This document shows positions 39,101 to 49,588 of a DNA stretch of 64,000 nucleotides, piece by piece. The stretch is from Eledone cirrhosa (taxonomy: Eukaryota), in NCBI GenBank assembly GCA_964016885.1, contig OZ024745.1:115134001-115198000 (forward strand), read 5' to 3'. Positions within the stretch are counted from its first letter, which is position 1; each line of letters begins with the position of its first letter. The notes beneath the pieces were generated by a model. It ran no database searches. It had not been told where the DNA came from and saw only the letters and a program-made list of their open reading frames with translations. The position numbers and the translations under genes were made by a program.

Positions 39101-42100
39101 ATACACTTTATTGTACATTGCACCCTTGAGAAAGACACTTTATTGTACATTGTGTCCTTGAGCAATACACTTTATTGTACATTGCATCCTTGAGCAATAC
39201 ACTTTATTGTACATTGTGTCCTTGAGCAATACACTTTATTGTACATTGCACCCTTGAGAAAGACACTTTATTGTACATTGTGTCCTTGAGCAATACACTT
39301 TATTGTACATTGCATCCTTGAGCAATACACTTTATTGTACGTTGTGTCCTTGAGCAATACACTTTATTGTACATTGTGTCCTTGATCAATACACTTTATT
39401 GTACATTGTGTCCTTGAGCAATACACTTTATTGTACATTGTGTCCTTGAGCAATACACTTTATTGTACATTGTGTCCTTGAGCAATACACTTTATTGTAC
39501 ATTGCACCCTTGAGAAAGACACTTTATTGTACATTGTGTCCTTGAGCAATACACTTTATTGTACATTGCATCCTTGAGCAATACACTTTATTGTACATTG
39601 TGTCCTTGAGCAATACACTTTATTGTACATTGCATCCTTGAGCAATACACTTTATTGTACGTTGTGTCCTTGAGCAATACACTTTATTGTACATTGTGTC
39701 CTTGATCAATACACTTTATTGTACATTGTGTCCTTGAGCAATACACTTTATTGTACATTGTGTCCTTGAGCAATACACTTTATTGTACATTGTGTCCTTG
39801 AGCAATACACTTTATTGTACATTGCACCCTTGAGAAAGACACTTTATTGTACATTGTGTCCTTGAGCAATACACTTTATTGTACATTGTGTCCTTGAGCA
39901 ATACACTTTATTGTACATTGTGTCCTTGAGCAATACACTTTATTGTACATTGTGTCCTTGAGCAATACACTTTATTGTACATTGCACCCTTGAGAAAGAC
40001 ACTTTATTGTACATTGTGTCCTTGAGCAATACACTTTATTGTACATTGCACCCTTGAGAAAGACATTTTATTGTACATTGTGTCCTTGAGAAAGACATTT
40101 TATTGTACATTGCATCCTTGAGCAATACACTTTATTGTACATTGTGTCCTTGAGAAATACACTTTATTGCACATTGTGTCCTTGAGCAATACACTTTATT
40201 GTACATTGCATCCTTGAGCAATACACTTTATTGTACATTGCATCCTTGAGCAATACACTTTATTGTACATTGTGTCCTTGAGAAAGACACTTTATCATAC
40301 ATTGTGTCCTTGAGCAATACACTTTATTGTACATTGTATCCTTGAGCAATACACTTTATTGTACATTGCATCCTTGAGCAATACACTTTATTGTACATTG
40401 CATCCTTGAGCAATACACTTTATTGTACATTGTGTCCTTGAGAAAGACACTTTATCATACATTGTGTCCTTGAGCAATACACTTTATTGTACATTGTGTC
40501 CTTGAGCAATACACTTTATTGTACATTGCATCCTTGAGCAATACACTTTATTGTACATTGTGTCCTTGAGAAAGACACTTTATCATACATTGTGTCCTTG
40601 AGCAATACACTTTATTGTACATTGTGTCCTTGAGCAATACACTTTATTGTACATTGCATCCTTGAGCAATACACTTTATTGTACATTGTGTCCTTGAGAA
40701 AGACACTTTATCATACATTGTGTCCTTGAGCAATACACTTTATTGTACATTGTATCCTTGAGCAATACACTTTATTGTACATTGCATCCTTGAGCAATAC
40801 ACTTTATTGTACATTGTGTCCTTGAGAAAGACACTTTATCATACATTGTGTCCTTGAGCAATACACTTTATTGTACATTGCATCCTTGAGCAATACACTT
40901 TATTGTACATTGCATCCTTGAGAAAGACACTTTATTGTACATTGTGTCCTTGAGCAATACACTTTATTGTACATTGCATCCTTGAGCAATACACTTTATT
41001 GTACATTGTGTCCTTGAGAAAGACACTTTATTGTACATTGTGTCCTTGAGCAATACACTTTATTGTACATTGTATCCTTGAGAAAGACACTTTATTGTAC
41101 ATTGTGTCCTTGAGCAATACACTTTATTGTACATTGTATCCTTGAGCAATACACTTTATTGTACATTGTGTCCTTGAGCAATACACTTTATTGTACATTG
41201 TGTCCTTGAGCAATACACTTTATTGTACATTGTATCCTTGAGCAATACACTTTATTGTACATTGTGTCCTTGAGAAAGACACTTTATTGTACATTGTATC
41301 CTTGAGCAATACACTTTATTGTACATTGCATCCTTGAGCAAGACACTTTATTGTACATTGTGTCCTTGAGAAAGACACTTTATCATACATTGTGTCCTTG
41401 AGCAATACACTTTATTGTACATTGTGTCCTTGAGCAATACACTTTATTGTACATTGTGTCCTTGAGCAATACACTTTATTGTACATTGTGTCCTTGAGCA
41501 ATACACTTTATTGTACATTGTGTCCTTGAGCAATACACTTTATTGTACATTGTGTCCTTGAGCAATACACTTTATTGTACATTGTGTCCTTGAGCAATAC
41601 ACTTTATTGTACATTGTGTCCTTGAGCAATACACTTTATTGTACATTGTGTCCTTGAGCAATACACTTTATTGTACATTGTGTCCTTGAGCAATACACTT
41701 TATTGTACATTGTGTCCTTGAGCAATACACTTTATTGTACATTGTGTCCTTGAGCAATACACTTTATTGTACATTGTGTCCTTGAGCAATACACTTTATT
41801 GTACATTGTATCCTTGAGCAATACACTTTATTGTACATTGTGTCCTTGAGCAATACACTTTATTGTACATTGTGTCCTTGAGCAATACACTTTATTGTAC
41901 ATTGTGTCCTTGAGCAATACACTTTATTGTACATTGTGTCCTTGAGCAATACACTTTATTGTACATTGTGTCCTTGAGCAATACACTTTATTGTACATTG
42001 TGTCCTTGAGCAATACACTTTATTGTACATTGTATCCTTGAGCAATACACTTTATTGTACATTGTGTCCTTGAGCAATACACTTTATTGTACATTGTGTC

Positions 42101-43921
42101 CTTGAGCAATACACTTTATTGTACATTGTGTCCTTGAGCAATACACTTTATTGTACATTGTATCCTTGAGCAATACACTTTATTGCACATTGCACCCTTG
42201 AGAAAGACACTTTATTGTACATTGTGTCCTTGAGCAATACACTTTATTGTACATTGTGTCCTTGAGCAATACACTTTATTGTACATTGTGTCCTTGAGCA
42301 ATACACTTTATTGTACATTGTATCCTTGAGCAATACACTTTATTGTACATTGTGTCCTTGAGCAATACACTTTATTGTACATTGTATCCTTGAGCAATAC
42401 ACTTTATTGTACATTGTGTCCTTGAGCAATACACTTTATTGTACATTGTGTCCTTGAGCAATACACTTTATTGTACATTGCATCCTTGAGCAATACACTT
42501 TATTGTACATTGCATCCTTGAGCAATACACTTTATTGTACATTGTGTCCTTGAGCAATATACTTTATTGGACATTGTGTCCTTGAGAAAGACACTTTATT
42601 GTACATTGCATCCTTGAGAAAGACACTTTATTGTACATTGCATCCTTGAGCAATACACTTTATTGTACATTGTGTCCTTGAGCAATACACTTTATTGTAC
42701 ATTGTATCCTTGAGCAATACACTTTATTGTACATTGTGTCCTTGAGCAATACACTTTATTGTACATTGTGTCCTTGAGCAATACACTTTATTGTACATTG
42801 CATCCTTGAGCAATACACTTTATTGTACATTGCATCCTTGAGCAATACACTTTATTGTACATTGTGTCCTTGAGCAATACACTTTATTGGACATTGTGTC
42901 CTTGAGAAAGACACTTTATTGTACATTGCATCCTTGAGAAAGACACTTTATTGGACATTGTGTCCTTGAGCAATACACTTTATTGTACATTGTATCCTTG
43001 AGCAATACACTTTATTGTACATTGTATCCTTGAGCAATACACTTTATTGTACATTGTGTCCTTGAGCAATACACTTTATTGTACATTGTATCCTTGAGCA
43101 ATACACTTTATTGTACATTGTGTCCTTGAGCAATACACTTTATTGCACATTGCATCCTTGATCAAGACACTTTATTGTACATTGTGTCCTTGAGCAAGCC
43201 ACTTTATTGTACATTGTGTCCTTGAGCAATACACTTTATTGTACATTGTATCCTTGAGCAATACACTTTATTGTACATTGTATCCTTGAGCAATACACTT
43301 TATTGTACATTGTGTCCTTGAGCAATACACTTTATTGCACATTGCATCCTTGATCAAGACACTTTATTGTACATTGTGTCCTTGAGCAATACACTTTATT
43401 GTACATTGTATCCTTGAGCAATACACTTTATTGTACATTGTGTCCTTGAGCAATACACTTTATTGCACATTGCATCCTTGATCAAGACACTTTATTGTAC
43501 ATTGTGTCCTTGAGCAAGCCACTTTATTGTACATTGTGTCCTTGAGCAATACACTTTATTGTACATTGTATCCTTGAGCAATACACTTTATTGTACATTG
43601 TATCCTTGAGCAATACACTTTATTGTACATTGTATCCTTGAGCAATACACTTTATTGTACATTGTGTCCTTGAGCAATACACTTTATTGTACATTGTATC
43701 CTTGAGCAATACACTTTATTGTACATTGTGTCCTTGAGCAATACACTTTATTGCACATTGCATCCTTGATCAAGACACTTTATTGTACATTGTGTCCTTG
43801 AGCAAGCCACTTTATTGTACATTGTGTCCTTGAGCAAGACACTTTATTGTACATTGTGTCCTTGAGCAATACACTTTATTGTACATTGTGTCCTTGAGCA
43901 ATACACTTTATTGTACATTGT
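21132..43921. repeat. 22.8-kb tandem array of a 32-bp unit (about 712 copies), derived from SINE CORE
   Basis: Consensus CATTGTGTCCTTGAGCAATACACTTTATTGTA, with recurrent variants CAAG/AAAG, GGAC, TGCATCC, TGCACCC, TGATCAA and TGTATCC. Phase is preserved exactly from 21301 to 43861 (22560 bp = 705 x 32). Confidence 0.99.
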
Positions 43922-43924
43922 AAA

Positions 43925-44235
43925 GACTTTCGGAAACATTTTTTTATTTCCGAGTTGCTGAAGCATGGAACAAACTACCTGCATCAGTTATTAGTCATCA
44001 GGACACTGCATCTTTCAAAACTTCCATGCTTCCTGAAATTTGCTAACACTACACCTTATATTCCCCCTCCATACACACACACACACACATGTATCTGTGT
44101 GTTTGTGTGTATATCATGACTGATACACTGTTCACTTTCCTGACATGTGTACATTATTCTATGTACTATACATGCACCTTTGATGAGTTGTAGTGCACCT
44201 GAACACTATACACAATAATTTTCATTATTATATAT
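43925..44235 (+). mobile_element. 5'-truncated CR1/L2-group LINE 3' end
   Basis: DFRKHFF / FRVAEAWNKLPASVISHQDTASFK (one frameshift) matches the CR1-type ORF2 C-terminal pattern FF..RV...WN.LP..V.....FK. Followed by a UTR and (ATT)/(TAAA)n. Confidence 0.7.
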
Positions 44236-44777
44236 AAATAAATAAACAAATGAATAAATAAATAGATAAATAAATAAATTAATTAATAAAACAATGCATA
44301 CTAGTCAGTTGGGTGTTATTTTGAGGGATGAAATAAATTTATTAGTAGCAATATGTTGTGAGAAACAAGAAGCGAGTGAAAATGTATGAATGGATTTAGT
44401 CTTAACTCCAACCCTAACCACACTCTACCATTGCAATACAAGTTTTACTATGAAGGATTTGGGAGAATAAAAATTGGTAAATAGATAACACATGAAGAAA
44501 GAAATGCAATTTTGAGGGCAGAGGAATTGATTCATTGCTCTATTTGTCACAGGTGATGTGCTTGTTGTCATTTTACTATCTCCCTATTTTTGTCTCTCTC
44601 TTTATCTGGATCTCTCTCAACTCCTTTTTACATATCTTTCCCTCACTTCCTCTGTCTCTCTCTCGCTCTCTCTCTCTCTGTCTCTCTCTTGCTTTATATA
44701 TATATAAATATATATATATAAATAGTTCAAGAAAAACAACATGCACGCAGAGATGCAATACATATATATATATATAT

Positions 44778-45045
44778 ATCACCTTGATCACCTTGACCGA
44801 CCAGTCTGTCGGGCGCCGATTGGTACCGCTGGTCACAGCACGTCGTGCTGTTTTAGCCATAAGATAACGCCATCCCACTGGCTGGGCGGGCAGGCCGGTA
44901 CTCATTTCTACAGCTGAGTAAACTGGAGCAACGTGAAATAAAGTGTCTTGCACAAGGAAACAACACATCACCCGGTCCGAGAATTGAACTCACAACCTTT
45001 CGATTGCAAGCCCAATGCTCTAACCACTAAGCCATGTGCCTTCAC
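44778..45045 (-). mobile_element. tRNA-head CORE-SINE with an alternative 3' tail
   Basis: Head and CORE are nearly identical to 730-873, but after GAAATGAG the sequence continues TACCGGCCTGCCCG... and ends in (CAAGGTGAT)2. Confidence 0.85.
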
Positions 45046-45458
45046 ATATATATATATATATTTCCGTGGGTACTTAATACCTACTGGAATATCTATATCA
45101 TTTATTTGAATTCTCCTTAATGTAGAGAAAAAAATGTTGTATCATGCTGTTATTTCTAGTAACATGAAATATCAACGAATCTATAATTCCTGCTTTTTCT
45201 TACGGCCTATTTGTGTGTGGGTCATTTAATGGCTTGATTTCATACACCAGGCAGAAAGCAATACATCGACTTCTACTTGGATTTATGTCTAGTAGATTTG
45301 GAAAAGCTATCTGAAGAGCTGTATCTTTCCATTGGAAATTCTCTGAATTTCCAATCTTTTGATCAGCGAAACCGTCGGTCATGGCATTAGAAGATGTAAA
45401 TATTTAAATCGTATTTTAATTTATTTAAAACATTGTTTAATGTTTACTTGTGCCGCTC

Positions 45459-45497
<39 letters not shown>

Positions 45498-45552
45498 TTG
45501 AAAAAAATGAAAACGAAATTTCATTTCTCACTCTTAGTATGGCACTTACTTA

Positions 45553-45962
45553 AATGTAAGTATGTATGTATACGTACATACATATATGTATACAGACGTA
45601 CAGTAGCATGCATATATATATATATATATATATATACATACAGGTACACATACGGTATGCCTGACCGATTTAACTCACTCAATATGCAAATTAGGCTGCT
45701 CAGCCGTTAATTTTCATAAGGAAAGTATATACTTTCGAACGTTCAACTATTTGGCAGATGGGTATACGGTGCTGATGATAGCTAACAAGCTTGAAACTAG
45801 TACATCGTTCCTGTGTCAGTATTGAACAAAAAGGTGACGTGGTTGCCTTAACACCGTATGGCATAAATTCAGGCTGTTCAGTTTGTTTACAAACGAACAA
45901 AGCGGCGTTATAATAAGCGTCCGCTAAACTGATGCGTGCATATATGTATGTGTACCTGTATG

Positions 45963-46004
<42 letters not shown>

Positions 46005-46065
46005 TATGCATGCTACTGTATGTCTGTATACATATATGTATGTACGTATACATACATACTTACAT
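45553..46065. repeat. Inverted repeat of about 110 bp flanking a spacer of about 275 bp
   Basis: 45553-45660 (ATGTAAGTATGTATGTATACGTACATAC...CATACAGGTACACATAC) is the reverse complement of about 45940-46065. Confidence 0.9.
45766..45808 (+). ncRNA. Minimal type-I hammerhead ribozyme motif (Penelope-like)
   Basis: ACGGTG-CTGATGA-T-AGCT-AACA-AGCT-T-GAAA-CTA-GTA-CATCGT: stem I ACGGTG/CATCGT (one G-U), stem II AGCT/AGCT, palindromic stem III ACTAGT, GUA cleavage triplet. Confidence 0.75.
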
Positions 46066-46091
46066 ATATATATGTATATATATATATATAT

Positions 46092-46455
46092 GTAGAAGTT
46101 GTATTTAATTTGTTGGAATTCCGACAAACATAAATGTTTATAACTGATTTAGAGCACTCAACAAGTTACTGGAGTAAATATTCAATGATATTAAATAAAT
46201 GGAAACTATATTTATAAAACCATATTTATTTTATTATATATATTTCAAGGGCAACCAAGCAAATCTTGGTGCGCTTTCATCAGTGAATTTCCGACCGATA
46301 AGGTTCATGGGTACGTCTTTATTTATAAAACAAACTTTGTATTTTATCTGATGAAAGCACACCAAGGTTTGCTTGGTTGCCCTTGAAATATATATAATAA
46401 AATAAATATGGTTTTATAAATATAGTTTCCATTTATTTAATATCATGGAATATAT
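46092..46455. mobile_element. Penelope-pLTR/retrozyme-like element: inverted copy (46092-46283) plus direct copy (46281-46455)
   Basis: About 46178-46283 is the reverse complement of 46348-46453. The element is homologous to 61591-61857. Confidence 0.75.
46340..46404 (+). ncRNA. Minimal hammerhead ribozyme motif
   Basis: TATTTTAT-CTGATGA-AAGCACACCAAG-GTTTG-CTTGGTTGCCCTT-GAAA-TATATA-TA-ATAAAATA: perfect 8-bp stem I, ACCAAG/CTTGGT stem II, palindromic stem III. Confidence 0.75.
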
Positions 46456-46458
46456 ATA

Positions 46459-46769
46459 GAGGCACATGTCTTAGTGGTTAGAGCATTGGCCTTGCAATAG
46501 AAAGGTTGTGAGTTCAATTCTCAGACCGGGTGATGTGTTGGTTCCTTGAGCAAGACACTTTATTTCACATTGCTCCAGTTTACTCAGCTGTAGAAATGAG
46601 ATGAATGGGACTGGGATCCATATCATTCCACTGCAAAGTGGTCGTGGAGGTGCCATGGCAAAAAAGCACCCAGCACTCACTGTAAATGAGGTTGGTGTTA
46701 GGAAGGGCATCCAGCTGTAGAAATCAAGCCAGAATCAGTTCCTTGCAAGCAGGGAAAAGCGGACGTAAA

Positions 46770-46806
<37 letters not shown>
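46459..46806 (+). mobile_element. tRNA-head CORE-SINE with RTE-type tail and (TGA)n
   Basis: Same family as 476-873, in the opposite orientation, with one fewer internal tail module. Confidence 0.9.
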
Positions 46807-46856
<50 letters not shown>

Positions 46857-47139
46857 CATCAATCTCTCTCTCCTCTCTTTCTCTCTCTCTATATATATAA
46901 ATAGTTCAAGAAAAACAAGACACACACAGAGATGTAACACAGTTTTATATATACACATGTGTATGTGTGTATGTGTGCATCTCACTCTCTCTCTCTCTCT
47001 TCATCTTTCTCTGTTTGTCTTAGCTCTCTCTCTCTCTCTACATCATTCTCTCTATCTATTTCTAAGATGCCATGTGATAAGGAGAAAGCAGGTGCAGTGA
47101 AATAATTGATGAATCTGGATTTAGTTGCTGCTAATGATG

Positions 47140-47325
47140 TTAGAGGGAGGTCTGGTGATAGTAGTAATGGTAGAGGTGGTAGCAGTGGTAGAGGTGGTAG
47201 CAGTGGTAGAGGTGGTAGTAACTGGTATGACAATGATGATAGAGGGAGGTCTGGTGATAGTAGTAATGATAGAGGTGGTAGCAGTGGTAGAGGTGGTAGT
47301 AACTGGTATGACAATGATGATAGGG
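47140..47325. repeat. GGT/AGT-rich minisatellite duplication
   Basis: Two copies of TAGAGGGAGGTCTGGTGATAGTAGTAAT...AACTGGTATGACAATGATGA, with internal 18-bp repeats. Confidence 0.85.
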
Positions 47326-47614
47326 ATAGTGAATAATGAAGGTTTTAGTGTATATATGTATGTACACGTATGTATGTGTATGTGGAAGGGATTCTATGGT
47401 GGTAATAGTGGCAGGAAGGTTGTGAAGGGGTTGATGGAGTGAGGGAAGGGGCGTGTATTAGTGGAGAGGAGTTGGAGTGAGTTGTAAAGGCAGGTAGAAT
47501 GTGTAGGGGTAGGGTAGGAAGAGACATGTGACACCATTTGAAAAGTAAAATATCGCAGATATTGGCTAACTTATCGATGATGGTGGGACATCACCAACAA
47601 AGAGATCAGAAAAT

Positions 47615-47760
47615 AATTGTTTCTACTTTTAGCACAAGGCCAGCAATTACCCAGTGCATTACTGGTACTTTATTTTATCGACCCCCGTAAGGATGAATGG
47701 CAAGGGCCGTAACTCTATGCTAGAAAGCATGGCGTCCGACCCTCTACCGATACTGTCAAT
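47615..47760 (-). mobile_element. Meta-domain SINE with internal deletion
   Basis: Reverse complement of 8725-8907, lacking the B-box segment. More decayed minus-strand copies lie at about 20265-20440, 49255-49570, 53460-53660, 53765-53980 and 62185-62310, and plus-strand copies at about 11810-11885 and 52800-52950. Confidence 0.8.
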
Positions 47761-48293
47761 GGAATGTAAAACCACAGAGTTAAGACTGAGATGATGAAAG
47801 AATGGAAATATATGAAGAAGAAGAAGAAGAAGAAGAAGAAGAAGAAGAAGAAGAAGAAGAAGAAGAAGAATGAAAAGGACTTGAGAGGTTTACATAAAGA
47901 AGCTGAAAGCAGCAGGTTTGCCTATGTTCTGCGACATAATGATCAAAGGTAACAGGTGTTGCACATTGCAAAGTAGTGTGTCAATAAAATTAAATAAATG
48001 CAAATCAATAACAGATATACAAATAATAAAGTAGACAAACATATATAAAACAATAGAAAAACAAATTATAATTTATATATGTATCAGACATAACACAGCA
48101 AAAATGAACAAAACCACTCATGAACAAGATGTAGAAGCTTGTCATGATCAGCCTTTAGCAGGAAAAATGTCTTTGATGTGTCTGTTATTGTTATATGTGA
48201 AGCCCATCAAACCCGAATTTCCCTGAGCTGCCCATGGTTTAAATATGGCCCTGGCAACAGACATAATCCAGCAAAAATGAACAAACCACTCAA

Positions 48294-49139
48294 ATCATCA
48301 TCATCACCGTTTTACGTCCGTTAGCAAGGGTTAGATGGGTTGTCCTGTTGTGGGCAGTAGCCAGTCGGCTGCTGACCATGTCTTGCTCATACGGGAACTG
48401 ATTCTGGCTTGATTTCTACAGCTGGATGCCCTTCCTAACACCAACCTCATTTACAGTGAGTGCTGGGTACTTTTTTTTTTACCGTGGCACCTACACGTCT
48501 ACTTTACAGTGAGTGCTGGCTGCTTTTTTCCCGTGGCGCCTACACGTCCACTTTGCAGTGGGAGGGGGTGGGGCATATTGTCTATATGCTTCAGTTTCGG
48601 CTTGTACCCGTGGGGGGGTCGGGTCTTCTGTATTACTGTGTGACGCCAGAGGTCATGGTCATGTGTCATCGCCCTTGAGAGGTGCAATTGGGTAAGGTCG
48701 GCTTTTATCACCTCATCCCAGGTCATCTTGGGTCTCCCACTCCGCGGTTTCCATCGACTTCTAGTGCCCTGCACCTTTTTATGCAGCTGTCATCCTTCAT
48801 ACGCATCACATGTCCATACCAATGCAACCTCCTCTCCTGCACACAGCATTTGATTCCTCTTATGCTCAGTCTCTCTCTCAATCCGTTTATGCTATGCCGT
48901 TCGCGTATATTACTATTACACATCCATCAGAGCATGTAGGCTTAATTTCTTTCTAATGTACGCAAGTCTTCCACAGACAGCGCCCAGGTCTCACTACCAT
49001 GTAACATTGCTGTTTGTATACATGCATCACACAGTCTGCCCTTCATTTTGAGGGAAAAGCCTTTTGCAGCTAGCAGTGGCAGTAGCTCCCTGAACTTCTT
49101 CCATCCTGTTCTTACCCTAGTTATTGTACTTTCCGAACC
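48294..49139 (-). mobile_element. 5'-truncated RTE LINE (RT C-terminus, 3' UTR, (TGA)n)
   Basis: SESTITRVRTGWKKFRELLPLLAAKGFSLKMKGRL and RRLHWYGHVMRMKDDSCIK closely match the RTE at 16200-16600. Confidence 0.95.
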
Positions 49140-49588
49140 AAATGTATTGCACAAACCAAATAAACCCTTGTTATAGTATAGATGAATATATTATCCTTAA
49201 TCTCATCAAACAAAACTCAACAGTAATTACATTCAATAATATATAAGTATTAACAATGGTTTCTGATTTAGGAACAAGGAAAGTTGATTATACTGACCCC
49301 ACTACTTTATTTTATCAACTACAGAAGGATGAAAGGCAACCTCAACAGGATTTAAACTCAGAACATAAAGAGTTGGATCAAATATTGTGAAGTATATGTT
49401 CAACACTCTGTCCTTAAATAAGTATTAATAATTGTTTCTATTTTTGTCACAAGGCCAGCAATTTGAAGGGAAGGGGAAATTCGATTAAATCAACTCCAGA
49501 ATGTAAAGGGAAGTAACTATATGCTGCAAAGCATGTTGTCCCATGCTCTACTCTCTCTGCCAATCCACTGCCCTTAAATAATTATTAA

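Noticed and set aside
21132-43921. CRISPR array (32-bp repeat with dyad symmetry)
   Set aside because: Units are head-to-tail with no unique spacers, there are no cas genes, and the context is eukaryotic.
21132-43921. Coding tandem repeat
   Set aside because: 32 is not divisible by 3, stops recur as the frame rotates, and the ORF track is empty here.
45311-45345. Additional hammerhead (CTGAAGA...GAAA); also CTGATGA hits near 12399, 20839 and 54344
   Set aside because: No pairing for stems I and II around the core boxes.
45200-45382. Penelope GIY-YIG C-terminus (SRSRCIAFCL)
   Set aside because: Weak resemblance only; the expected downstream LN.R.E...CRH motif was not found.
46459-46530. Functional tRNA genes at SINE heads
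   Set aside because: A and B boxes are present but there is no complete cloverleaf, and each head continues into CORE or Meta SINE body.
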